Origin: Azolla caroliniana
Taxonomy: Eukaryota > Plantae > Polypodiophyta
DNA: 64,000 nt
Assembly (NCBI GenBank): GCA_043228905.1
Contig: JBHGNT010000020.1
Location: forward strand, 11,222,001 to 11,286,000
Direction: 5' to 3'
In this document: in pieces, positions 14,144 through 26,138 of the stretch
Layout: each line of letters opens with the position of its first letter
How positions within the stretch are numbered: the stretch's first letter is position 1
Notes under the pieces: model-generated
Database searches by the model: none
What the model was told of the DNA's origin: nothing
Seen by the model: only the letters and a program-made list of their open reading frames with translations
Position numbers and translations under genes: made by a program

Positions 14144-14441
14144 ACCCACCCACACACCCACACACACACCACACACACACACACACACACTCTCTCTCTC
14201 TCTTTGCACCCACACACACACACACTCTCTCTCTCTCTACACACACACACACACACACACACCAACAGCAGCACCTCTTCTACTTTTTGGGTTTTTTGTT
14301 TTTATGTGTGTGTCATAGAGATACATACATACATACATACATACATACATAGATCATAGTACATATGTATATTATGTACATAATAACATAATAACATATA
14401 TATATGTATATCATATATGTATTGTTAAGAGAACAGTAGTT

Positions 14442-14485
<44 letters not shown>

Positions 14486-14570
14486 TTCCCCATTCCATTT
14501 TCTTCCTGTTCTTCAAACCTTCTCCTTCTCCTTCTCTTCAGACAGACAGACAGACAGACAGACAGAAAGA
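13805..14570. repeat. Compound microsatellite field, (CT)n/(CA)n/(TA)n/(TACA)n/(CAGA)n, in the NAC promoter/5' leader
   Basis: Direct reading. The overlapping HTHT/LSLS/CVCV ORFs are artefacts of these repeats. Confidence 0.9.
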
Positions 14571-14601
14571 CAGAAATCAGAACCCAGTTGGGCTATTGGC
14601 C

Positions 14602-17174
14602 ATGGAAGCCACCCCCTCTCCTCCTCCTCAACAACAACAAGAAGATCATCTGAATCTTCATCATCATCATCATCATCAGAAGCTGCAGCTGCATGATCAA
14701 CAGCAGCATGACTGTCATCCTCATCCTCATCCTCATCCTCATCCTCATCCTCATCCGTCCTTCCTCCCCCCTGGCTTCCGCTTCCACCCCACCGACGAAG
14801 AGCTCGTGACACACTACCTCACCAAGAAGGCCGCCTCTGACCCCCTCCCCCTCCACATCATCACTGATGTCGATCTCTACAAATTCGATCCTTGGGAATT
14901 GCCAGGTACTACCCAAACCAATTCATGTTATGTCATATCAATCAATCAATCATTGCATCAAGCAATCAAAGAATGAAAATCTGTGAATCTCGCCATCCAA
15001 GAATGAAAACCTGTGAATCTAGCAATCAAAGAATGAAAACCTGTGAATCTAGCAATCAAAGAATGAAAATCTGTGAATCTAGCAATCAAAGAATGAAAAT
15101 CTGTGAATCTAGCAATCAAAGAATGAAAACCTGTGAATCTAGCAATCCAAGAATGAAAACCTGTGAATCTAGTAATCAAAGAAGGAATCTGTGAATCGAG
15201 CCATCAAAACATTCAGCAAATGAATGAACAAATTGACGAGTGAATGAATCGTTATGAACAATATCAACAACCATTCTTATACATGGATATTTTCACAACA
15301 ACCTCTAAACAATCAGTGTTTGAGCTATGTTTAGAGGGTCATTAAACCTGAAGATGTTAATTCTCCACCATTAAATCTCTGCCTCTCCCTATCTAGTTTC
15401 AAAGTTAGATAGGGTTCTTTTTGTTGTTTATCTCCATTATTAAGAGGAATTCCCATCTAATTCCTTTGTTTTTTTTTTTCTTTCTGTTATGCCTTTTTTT
15501 TTGTTTACTAAATTCAGGAATGGCAAGTTTTGGTGAGAACGAGTGGTACTTCTTCAGCCCTCGTGACCGCAAGTATCCCAATGGTGCTCGACCCAACCGA
15601 GCCTCTACTTCCGGTTATTGGAAAGCCACCGGAACTGATAAACCTATCACTGCCCCAGGAGGCTCTCGGAAGGTCGGTGTGAAGAAGGCGCTGGTCTTCT
15701 ACAAAGGCAGACCACCCAAGGGCATCAAAACACACTGGATCATGCATGAATACCGTCTCATCGGCGAACCAAACTCATCTAGAACAAGTGTTCCATGTTT
15801 CTCGACCACTAGGAAATCTCTTAGGGTAAGTTTGGTTTTTTTTCAGAGAAATCTTTCTATATTGTTTCATATCTTGTATGCTTGCATGACACTGGTGGTG
15901 GTATATGGGGTGAAGTAAACTATACCTTCGTCCCGAATACTCCTGGTAAGTTTAATCACCTGTAACTCCCTGCCTGAGCAAAAGAAACCCTGATCGATAA
16001 ACATGTTCATCGTATCTTCTGTCAAGAAATGTTGTTGTAAGGAGCAATGGGATGGGGTCTGAGGAATTTATTGTAAGGAGACAGTCGAATTCATAAACAT
16101 AATTGATTGGGGAGTTTCTAATTGGGCATGGTGCAAATCACGGCCTTAACTTAGGTGATTGGGGGAGACAAAAACTCTTAACTTTTGAGCTTGGGGAGCT
16201 TCTAAACAGGTGTGACCACAAAGGTTGTAAAGCAAGAAGGCTAAACTACCTTGACGAGCAAGGCAGGTCCTTCCTAACCTCAGGTCGGAAAACAAAAGCA
16301 AAATTACCTAAAAATATCTCCGAGTGAGTTGATTCTCAATGGTTTCAAATTGGTATATATGCGATTGGGTTTCATATCATCAATCAGGGAAATCTCAGAA
16401 GTTGTATGCATGGTTTGTTAGGTCACATACTGTCTTATACAAATCTAGATCTCACTTCTCCATACACACACTCTCTTACAAAGCAGGGTTCAGCTCCAAC
16501 CCACTTAGTTCTTAATTTACGGTACATATACATGTGCGTATGCACTACACCACTGTGCATAGAAATTCCAAATATGTAAGTGCATGTTGGATTTTGTGTT
16601 ATAACCAAGCCAAATTCATGTTTGTTTGCAGCTTGATGATTGGGTACTATGCAGAATCTACAAGAAGAATAAACCGGCAGCAAAATATGGTGAGAGCAAG
16701 GATGATGAAAATTCATCATCAAAACTTGGCGAAAGCAAAGAAGAAGATAACTTGTCATGTGTCGAGCAAGTTCTTGTCTCTCTACCTAACATTCAAGACC
16801 AAAGGTCGAGTGTTTTTCCAAAGATAAGCTCATTTGATGCATTTCTTGACGTTGATCCTTTTTTAGAGAACATCCTCTTAGATCCTGAAACATCCAGTTA
16901 TGCAATGATGCATCATCATCACCACCAGATTATTAATATCAATGGAGGAAAAATCCTACCACAACAAGATGTAATGAGTCCACTCGGGACCATCCCAAAA
17001 GTCGAGTTCATCGATTCTAGAGAGATTATTAAAGGTTCTATGGATTACTCTCACGATGATGTCCAGAAATTCAGAAGAAACCATTCTGGTTTTACGAGTC
17101 TTAACCAAAAATTCTTACAACCACCACAATTGTGGCAAGTGGAAACAAAAACAATGTCTAGGAGTAATAGTTAG
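14602..17174 (+). CDS. NAC: NAC-domain transcription factor (NAP/ATAF-like), 3 exons: 14602-14905, 15518-15825, 16632-17174, about 384 aa
   Basis: NAC subdomains A-E: [101 protein letters not shown] introns at the usual NAC positions keep the frame (phase 1, then phase 0). Confidence 0.96.
14961..15200. repeat. 30-bp minisatellite, about 8 copies, in NAC intron 1
   Basis: Unit agcaatcaaagaatgaaaa(t/c)ctgtgaatct at 14961, 14991, 15021 ... 15171. Confidence 0.95.
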
Positions 17175-18517
17175 GATGTTGATGTATATATACGACATTG
17201 GGAGATTAAACATTAAACGTACAGCAAAATCCTCCCAAGTGTAGCTGTAAAAAACTGTATAGCTAGTGGCTGTCAAAATATTGTAAATTGGACTTGCATC
17301 AGTCACATTGTAGAATACATCAGTCATAGCTTATGAGGCTTTTAGGTAGGTTGTCATGTATGTATCAAACATAAGAAGCTTTTAGGTAGGTTATCACATG
17401 TATAAAAGAAAGTTGTACACAGGTATTCTTATTGAATATTATTTACATCAAAATTATAAGATGTAATATATCTCGAAATGCAACATATATATTACCCAAG
17501 GTGTTGTCAAGGTCTATGATATCTTTAAATCGTGTATATACATACCATCATGAACACAAGATGAAAGCATTACACAATGCTTTTACTTGGCTACATAAAC
17601 ATTATCTATGATGACTTCTCAAATCTTGTTGAATAGATTAAATCATATATTGAAAGCAAGCACTAATTCAATGGAGTGTTTTTACACATGGTCTATCTTC
17701 AAAGATACAAGTATAACAAATTCTTTTGGTGCTCACACTTCTAATGGTATCCATCATTTGGTGTAACAAAGGGACAGATATTTTGTCCGACCCCTGATGT
17801 TAGATTGCTAAAAAATCAAGATAAATCAAAGAGACTCAAAGCTGTGCTGTACTTCATCATGGTTTTTTATTTCAATATATTATCTAAAAGAGACATAGAA
17901 ATGGGTTTAGGGCTTAGAGTTGGAGCAATACCGATAATAATGAACACTAATATTAAGTCTACTCTCATTTGGCATGAACGTTCTGAATCTTATCAGAGAT
18001 AACACAATTCACAAAGAATTGGGAATGCTTGCCTTCCTGTATATTGTTTACATAACTGGGCATCTTCCATGATGCGCTGCTGACTCATGCAATCCAATGG
18101 GGTCAAGATCCAATATAAATTGCCTCCACACCCAAATTTTCTTTGGTCTCAAGGGCATGCCATCTTTCATTTAATCTATTGGATTCTCTTTCCAAACATG
18201 ATCCTTTTAATACATTTGGACATGCATATTTCTTTGACAAATGCCATTGATTGCTATCTTCATTTGGGCCTGAATGTTTCTTTCAAGAAGGTCAGTGATT
18301 GGTATCTTTGTGGTTTTGACACAGATTCTATATCTAAAATGCTTTATCCAGCAAGTACACTTGCACAGAAATATATCAATCCATTTAGTCACAGATTGTA
18401 ATTATGACATTGATATTGAAAAAAACATTTCGACACATCTAGCAATAGTAAAAAAACATTTTCTTACAAGTAAACGTTGGATAACAATAACTTTTAGTAA
18501 AGAATATAATTGCACAT

Positions 18518-19990
18518 CTAATCAATTTTCTGTTCATTTTGTTTGGTCAGCTGAGATCGATGTTTCAATTCTGCTCTTTTCCACTTGATGATTAGTGATG
18601 ACAAGGACAAGAGCCCATTCACCTATATTGTAAAGAAAACATGTACATTTCTAATCAAGCCTGTTTGGGCGTTTTTTCATTTATCCAAAAAACTTGTTCA
18701 TAAAGTTTCATGCTTACCAATATGATACATGATATGAGCAATAATGGACCTGACCAAACAGTCGACATAAAGATTCCATTGTGATCAAAATAGGGCTGAC
18801 GAGCAAACAATGTCCATCTCCGTGAAAGCCATATATTCAATCTCTCTGCCATATACACACATGATACTGCGAAACAAGATTCTGAGATAGGATGAATAAA
18901 AAGCACAATTAACGGTTTCTGAAGGTAACATGCAGTTCATTTTGACAGGAATAAAGCACCATGAATACTTACATGCTGCAAAGAAAATCGCTGTTTGGAC
19001 ATTATTATTTTTCCTTGTTCTGATTACCACAATAAGCACAATTACGTGAAAGGCAAGTAAAGATATCAACCATGGTTCCTGTGTTTTGAAATACCAAACA
19101 CAATTTTTATATTTAACCACTATTAAAGCTTTACTTTGATTGAAAAAATTGACATGTAAAAACAGTGTGAGCACTCTATGCTTATGGCAAAGAGAAAGAT
19201 CCTACGATTATAACTTGATGGTGGTTCCATCAATGATTATGGTCATCATTTATTGTCTTTTCATGTTATTCACTCGAGCGATTTCCAACCAGCAAATGTC
19301 ACAAGAATGCCTCAAACACCATGATAAACCATACAAAGAAGAAACAATACAATTAATTCTCTCACAAACTCCGGTTCTAAACTTAAATTGTTAATACTCC
19401 AGCCCAAAACAGCCCTCACAAAAACTCGGAGAAGAATATCACTATATATGTGATCGTTCTTGTCTTATCTTGTATATAAATACAAAAACCCTATGGAAAA
19501 GAAAAAAAATCTCAAATCTAACTCAAACTCTGAAATAAATAAATCTAGGAACGATTCCATTGGTTTGTTCTCACATTTAATTGTTTTTGCTTTGCATTTC
19601 CGCCTCTTTTTCTGCACAAAGTCATGAATTCAAATTTAGACATGTTTTCTCCTAAATTACATGCAACCATCCACCATCTGTGGATGAATGAACTGACCTA
19701 ATAATTATCTTCATGGTCTCCAAAAAGTTCAGATATCCATCTCTTCCTCTCTCTCTCTCAAAAAAAAAAAAAAAAACACAAAAAAAAACAAAGGGGGCAA
19801 ACACAAGAAAGAATACCGTCCAATCCACTGCATGGACGAAAGAAAGCACAGATTCTTTGATACTATCTGGCGATGAAGAAGAAGAAGAAGAAGAAGAAGA
19901 AGAAGAAGAAGAGAACGAGGAGGTTGTAAGCATCCATTGCTGCTGAATCTCTGCAAAAACTTCTTCGATCAGTGCAGCTAACTTATCCAT
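18518..19990 (-). CDS. TMEM18: Transmembrane protein 18 homolog, 4 exons: 19990-19817, 19078-18973, 18866-18718, 18622-18518, about 177 aa
   Basis: The spliced product ...FVHAVDWT|EPWLISLLAFH...|YMAERLN...QPYFDHNGIFMSTVWSGPLL...IIL|VNGLLSLSSLIIKWKRAELKHR matches plant TMEM18 motifs (HAIDWKEPW, YFD..GVF.SVLWSGPLL, KWKRAEL). All introns are GT-AG and frame-preserving. Confidence 0.92.
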
Positions 19991-20157
19991 GTCCTGTCTC
20001 TCTCAGATGGTCTGTGTGATGTGATGGAACTGGCGATGGGTTGCCTGTCTCATTTGGCCATTCATTCATACATATATACATACATATATACAAATAATGT
20101 ACCCACTCTGCCTTCTTTCTTGTCTTTTCATGAGATTACTTACTTCAGAGTGAAGGA

Positions 20158-20162
<5 letters not shown>

Positions 20163-20199
<37 letters not shown>

Positions 20200-20225
20200 C
20201 AGAGTCTCTCTCTCTCTCTCTCTCT
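20163..20225. repeat. Adjacent (AG)n and (CT)n tracts upstream of the TMEM18 ATG
   Basis: Direct reading. The two tracts are mutually complementary. Confidence 0.85.
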
Positions 20226-20289
20226 AAAACTCTTCACAACAAAAAGTAAAAACAAGGCAAAGTATCTAAGCAAAGCTCCCAAAACTGTG

Positions 20290-20514
20290 TCCATGGAACC
20301 TCGTCAAGGTTTACCTACCGACGCCGCCATAACGTGCGTGCCTGTGCTACTTGAGCGGGACCATGGGGGCCTTGGACCAGGGAGCACGCTAAGGTACGGT
20401 TAGGAAGACTCAAAAAGGTGGGGTCAAAAACATCTAGGTGTCGAAAGGGCGTTGAAGGGAGGTGTAGTCGAAGAAAGAAGTCGAAGAAACGAGTTAGCCG
20501 AAGGGAGGTGTGGT
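20290..20514. repeat. Left part of an older repeat that hosts the nested island (continues at 62735)
   Basis: gtcgaagaaacgagttag-type short repeats occur here and resume immediately after 62734. Confidence 0.55.
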
Positions 20515-20879
20515 TGTTATACCCTTTAGCATAACATGAGGTCAGATACTCGCTCCTTTGGTCTCCGAATCAAGGTATTGTGGTCGGGGGATGCGAAACT
20601 CTGACGGGTTATACACTGTAGTGCACGATACACCCAGCCGTAACAAGGTAAGTTCACACAAAACTATACCTGATCGGATTGTAATATGTTCTTAACACAA
20701 GACCTAAGCCGACTACAACCGACTGGTTAATTACAACACATAGTTAAACAGAGTCGCTTAGCACACCGACACAATGTATAAGCAAACATATATTCTATTT
20801 AATGACTGACTCAATACAACCGATGAAACTTTGTACAAGGCTCCATGTCCATTTTTATAGGGAGCATGGATGGTTACGT

Positions 20880-21389
20880 TGTCGTGAAGATTTTCGTCCA
20901 TAGGTGGAAACCGGGGTGGGAAGGCCAAGTCGGTGGTGTGCTACATGTGCACATGTAAACTAGGATATGGTGTATAGGAAGAGAGGGGAAATTTTATCCC
21001 ACATTGTAAGGTCCCTCCCTCCTTGGGCTATAAAAGGAAGGGAGGGGTCACTTATGAGGGGTTGCCTATTTTGAGTGTGCGAGGTATACCACATAGGTCG
21101 AGCGTTAGGGTTCGGTTAGGGTTTTCTTCTTGGGTTTTCCTTTAGGGTTTTCTTATAGTCGTTTGGTGCGGCCATGGCGGCCACCATTGTAAAGTGTTTA
21201 TGTTTTCTTAATAGAACTTCTTGTTGAGTATCTTGACTCCATCTTCTTCATCTTCTTCTATCACAATGATATTCGTTCTCTTCTCCTCTTGAGCTATGAC
21301 CTAATCTTCCATTCGTTGTCTTAACCTTTCTCCTCTTCTCCCTAGTCCAAGACCCCCGTGGTCCCGCCCCTTCCACACGCACGTCAAGA
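20880..21389 (+). mobile_element. Solo LTR (D) of the Trp-primed Gypsy lineage, inserted in the X LTR
   Basis: Starts TGTCGTGAAGA, contains ttatcccacattgt...ccctccttgggctataaaagg and ends with gtggtcccgcc...ccacacgc. It is absent from the right X LTR and flanked by ACGT. The last few bases appear deleted. Confidence 0.8.
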
Positions 21390-24300
21390 ACGTCAAGAAC
21401 GTAAACCGCTACTACTTCCTCTAATTATTATGCATGCGTTACATTTGCTCCTCTCGTCTCAACTTCCTGTCCAACCCCACCCGTCTTGGTTTCGACCCGC
21501 ACTTGTCCCTTCGGCCCTTTCACACCTTGGACGTCCTGATCGACCAACACATGGCATGCTTGTGGGATAGTGCCTTGCACAGTCGAACCCACAAAAAATT
21601 TCCGGCTACATGTCATAAAAAATGTGCCGAATGTTCGGCTCCTATTGAGCCGTTTTGTCGTTGTCGATGGTGGTGGTGTGATTGGTACCAGGGTGTTTGA
21701 TTGTCTTCGGCTGGTTGTTCTTATGTGGTCGATGTTGAAGGTATTTCTACAGTTGGCCCTTCTTTCCCCCCTTCTTGGTGTTGTCTTACTCGGCTATCCC
21801 TGATGTGGTTCCTCTTCCAAGATAGGTTGGGGGTTTGGCTCTAGTTGGGCCGATTCCTCGAGATGTTCTTCCTCCTTCGGCTGCTAAGCGGTTATGACTT
21901 GCTTTGTTTGCCTAGCTGGTCCCAATTGATATTGGGCACATTCTTCCTTGGCCTTTTCTTGTTCGGCTTGCTTCGTTTCTTGAGGTTGTTCGGTTGTAGG
22001 GGGTTCTATGGGTACTTGGTCAACCAAATCCTGTGATTGCTCGCTTGATTTTTCATTGAGCAACTTGATATGCACTTCCTTCCTTCCCTCCTGGTCTCCT
22101 TCGCCCGAATTCGTTCTTTTTCGTACGCTTCCAATTCCAAAGAGAATTGGAGCTAGTCATCCTTAAATTCCTCTAGCAATTTGTGTATTTTCGTGGAGTG
22201 GAGTTGGGCCAAGGAGTAGTAATGGTGGTGACGCTCTCTTCATTGAGCTTGTAAAACCCCTCACCTTCTTTTCGCCGGTGTCGTGAAGATTCCCGGCCTT
22301 AGCGAGAAAACCGGGAATAATGGGAACATCGGCGGGGTGCAACGTGGGCACCCATCCTTGTGTATACATGCAAATAATAGGGGGCTCCATAACATGAGTT
22401 AATTCGGGACAGGGGATCCCATGTATAATGGGATTTATCCCACATTGTTACGCATCCCTCTCCTTGTTCTATAAAAGGAAGGGAGCATCCCTTGTAAAAG
22501 GGTTCCTCATTTTTGAGGTTCCATAGGTCCCCTTTAGCGGGTTCCATTTTTGGGTTTCTTCATAATAGAGTTTGTTTCCATTTTTGTTCATCAAAGGTTT
22601 TTTCTTGCACACTAAGCTTCGTGTTGTGGGGACAGAGTTGAGTTCCCTCTCTCATGTTTTGTTCGGTCTTTGTTCTCTGTCAGGGTTGTTGTTGTCTCTA
22701 CGTTGTTGTTGTTCGTGACGAGCCCGAGCGTTCGAAGGCATTGGTCCTCAGCTCTCTCTCTCCCTCGTGCAAGATCCCCACTCCCGTAGGCGAGCCTGAG
22801 TGCTCCCCGACTGGTGGCTTGGCGATAGAAGACTGTTGTTCCGGAAGAGGCATGCCCTGCACGAGACTTTAGTCACGTTGGCGAGCCTATGAGCTCCTGA
22901 CTGGTTTTGGGATGTAGGCACCCTCTTTGTCTCTATGGTGAAACCGGCTTAGTCGGCGTTGCAACGTGCTATGTACATACACATATCTATGTCTATATAT
23001 ATAAAAGGGTGTGTTTCGGGAGTTAGCTTAGGGGTCTCCGGTGCCTAAGTGCGGATGTCTGTGCTGGTTTGGCGTGCTGGTTGTAATTAGTGTGTGTATA
23101 TGTGTGTGTGCGTGTGCGGGGGCGCGGTTAACCGGGCCGTGGCATGTGCTTCTTTTGAGGCCCTTGTACATACGGGCAGGAGGGCCGCATGAGTACGCAC
23201 GCGTGCTCTCTTCCTTCGAGAGTCCGGGTCGCTTCTGGAACATATCCGGAACCGTCCGGGTTGGTCTTCCCCAAACACCATCTGGAATCGATCCGGCCAG
23301 CAACGCGGTAGGTTCCAGAGGATTTGGCCTTCCGGAAACTCCTCCCCTCCTAGTCCATGACCTCGGTGGTCCCGCCCGAATCCGACATGCAAGCGCGGGA
23401 TTCCGCCGCATCTTTGGTGAACCCGATGTGAAGGGCGGCAAGGGAGGATGGAGTTGGAAGACGAAGACTTTAAGAAGAAGAGGCAAGAAGCGGCGCATCG
23501 AGATGGGCGAGGTTGAAGAGGTCGACCGTTTCAACGGGGGCGAAGTCCCACGAGTTCGACCGAAGACTCGATCGTCCGGCATAAAGAGTAGGAGCTTCGG
23601 ACAACTCACAAAGCGTGGCCACCCAGTCATGAAATGGAGGTGGCGCGCGACGACATGACATCACAGCAGGAAGGGGGTGCGCGGACAAGGCGGATGTGGT
23701 CGAGGCGGAGGCCAATTGAGGTACTACGGTACCAGGCACGAAAGAGGGTGCGGGACGAGCCACCTTCTTTTACATGGGGAGAACGATCGACCAAGGCGAA
23801 GGTCGGAATTCGGGAAGAAGATGATTGAGGTACGAAATGAGTCCGGCGGGATCGGCATTGGAGCCGAAATTCTGGACATTGGAGAATCAAGCCCAGGTGG
23901 GGCTTGATCGATCATAGGGCGGATGCTTTCCACCGACACCACTAAAAGGGGCAGTGGCCTTGGACGAGTCATCGGGAGTCGTTTAGGAATCGGTATCCCC
24001 ACATCTCATCCGGCGACTCTGAGAGTTGGCCCAAGAGCCGGCATGAGACCTAGAGAGATGGAAGATGGAGGCGGGAGCACAACAAGGAGGTTGACAACGA
24101 GTTCGAGAGAAGAACACGAAAGCGGAGGAACGAAGACCGGTCCTATGGGTCACCTCATACTGGGCTAGAGACTTCGGCGGTCGGCATCGGATCCGACGTA
24201 AGACCAAGATACTGACGGTGGTGGCAGGAGAATGGGATCCGATAATGCGGAGAGAGATTGGATGAACCCGGACAAGAACCAAGTGGAGCGGACTTCTGGA

Positions 24301-26138
24301 TAACCGATCCGGAAGGGAGGAGGAAGCAGGCCTACGGAGAGGCTGGGAACAGGATACTCGGTACCACAGCAGAGGGTGTGGAGCGAGCCACGCTCTCGAC
24401 TTGTGGAGAAGGACAACCCGGGGAATGGTCGGGAAAGATTGAGACCCGCAAAGGATCCTTCACACCGGGCTAGAGACTTCGGCAGTAGGCAATAGACCCG
24501 ATGGAAGCGCAAGAGACTGATGGTGGCGGCAAGGAGACAAGGGCGAAGGCTACGAAAGGGGCAGTCCCATGGAGACCCTCACACCGATCTGAAGATTCTG
24601 GCGGTCGACAACGAGAGCCGGTGTGAGACCTAGAGGGATGGACGGTGGTGGCAAGAGACGTGATCAGACGACGAGAAGCGGGAACGAGCGGACAAGAGGT
24701 ATGAGGCCGGCTACGCGGCCACAAACTGGATACAGACCCAATCAGTAGGGTTAGGAAGGACGAAAACTGGACACGCTTGGTGCATGAGTCGGTGGCCTAA
24801 CGGATCGGAGGCTCGAGAAGGATCCTCCACACCGGATCTAGAGACTCCAGCAGTCGACAGCGGCAGCCGGTGTGAGACCAAGAGACTGACGGTGGCGGTG
24901 AGGGAGGCAGTAGTAGCAGAGGCACCAAGCAACCAAGGCGTCGCGAGGGCTACGGAGGCCAGGCAGGCCGATACGGGCGAGGGTGATCCTTCGTGGGTGG
25001 CAACACGGGAAGCTACCAAGGACACCCAAGCGGAGTATGGTGTGCTGAGCCAGAAAACGCACACCCGGAAGCAGATCGGAAGACGTGTGTGTGGCCATCG
25101 AGGGTTGAAGCAAAGCACGGTACGGGATGGTGTTCGGCACAAGCGTTGCCGAGCAAGGAAGGTGGAAGACGGCACAAGGTGGTGCCGGGTTGGAAACCGG
25201 GCGCGGGATAGGTTGCACGGGTCGGTAACCGGAAACGGTATCAGTCACCGAAGGAGGGTCCTTCACACCCGCTTCGGAGATCTTGGCGGCTCAATCAGAG
25301 TGGCAATGACTCGCGTGGCAAGCCAAGCCCGAGATAGCAAGCTGGTGGAGGCGAGGGGACGATAGCGAGCAGAAGGCACAAAACCGGTTGTAGCGGCGCT
25401 GAACGAAAAGGGGCCGAGCGGGCCAACACGGGTGTTCCTCGAACATGGAGGGCACTGATATGCGGGTGAAGCGACAACGCACTATCTGATCGGGTAGGGG
25501 CCAACGAAGCGTGCACGAAGAAAGACTGGAGTTCGGCGCGGGTGGTGTCGAGCGAAGGAGGACGATGGACTGAGCCTCTTGCGGGGCGTAGTCAAGAGTT
25601 ACACGGCACACAGAGGTGCATGGACGAGAATACGGGCGCGAAGATGGATTGCTCGGGTTGGTAGCCTCAAAGAACATTGACGACCCAAGAAGGATACTTC
25701 ACACTAGTTCCGGAGACCCCGACAATTCGACCAACGTGGCAATGTGAGACTGAGGGAGATGGACTATGGTGGCAAGGGGACAAGGGCAATAGCGAACAAC
25801 GGCACCGACTGAGTAAACAAAGCATCGTGAAGATCGGCGGAGGCCAAGCGGGCCACTACGGGGTGTTCCTCGGACGCGGAGGTCACCGCTATTCGGGGAA
25901 GCGAGGAGCGTGTGTATGGTCGCTCAAGGGCCACGGGAAGACCACGTGTATGAGCGAAGATCGCGGCAAACGACGTGTCGATAGGTCGATCGAGCCTACG
26001 GAGAGGCGAGCGCGAGGATGGAACCGGAGCCGACGGTTCGGACCGGCGGAGGCCAACACGGTAGCCGGGATGCGGGTTACAGAAAGCCGGTTGCTCACTA
26101 CTGCCAGAATCTCTCACCATTCTTCGGATTTGGCACGT

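Noticed and set aside
13896-14516. ORFs of 60-146 aa rich in HT/LS/CV/RE dipeptides
   Set aside because: They are translations of microsatellites with no domain content.
14892-15194. 100-aa ORF with repeated [10 protein letters not shown]; array superficially CRISPR-like
   Set aside because: It is the intronic 30-bp minisatellite, with no unique spacers and no cas genes.
15915-16330. More GC-balanced segment in NAC intron 2 with a 74-aa ORF (possible organellar insert or extra exon)
   Set aside because: No recognisable homology or boundaries, and the NAC frame is complete without it.
24585-24630. Possible hammerhead ribozyme (CTGAAGA inside a hairpin), which would suggest a retrozyme
   Set aside because: No correctly placed GAAA/UH core, and CTGAAGA is not conserved in the sister repeats.
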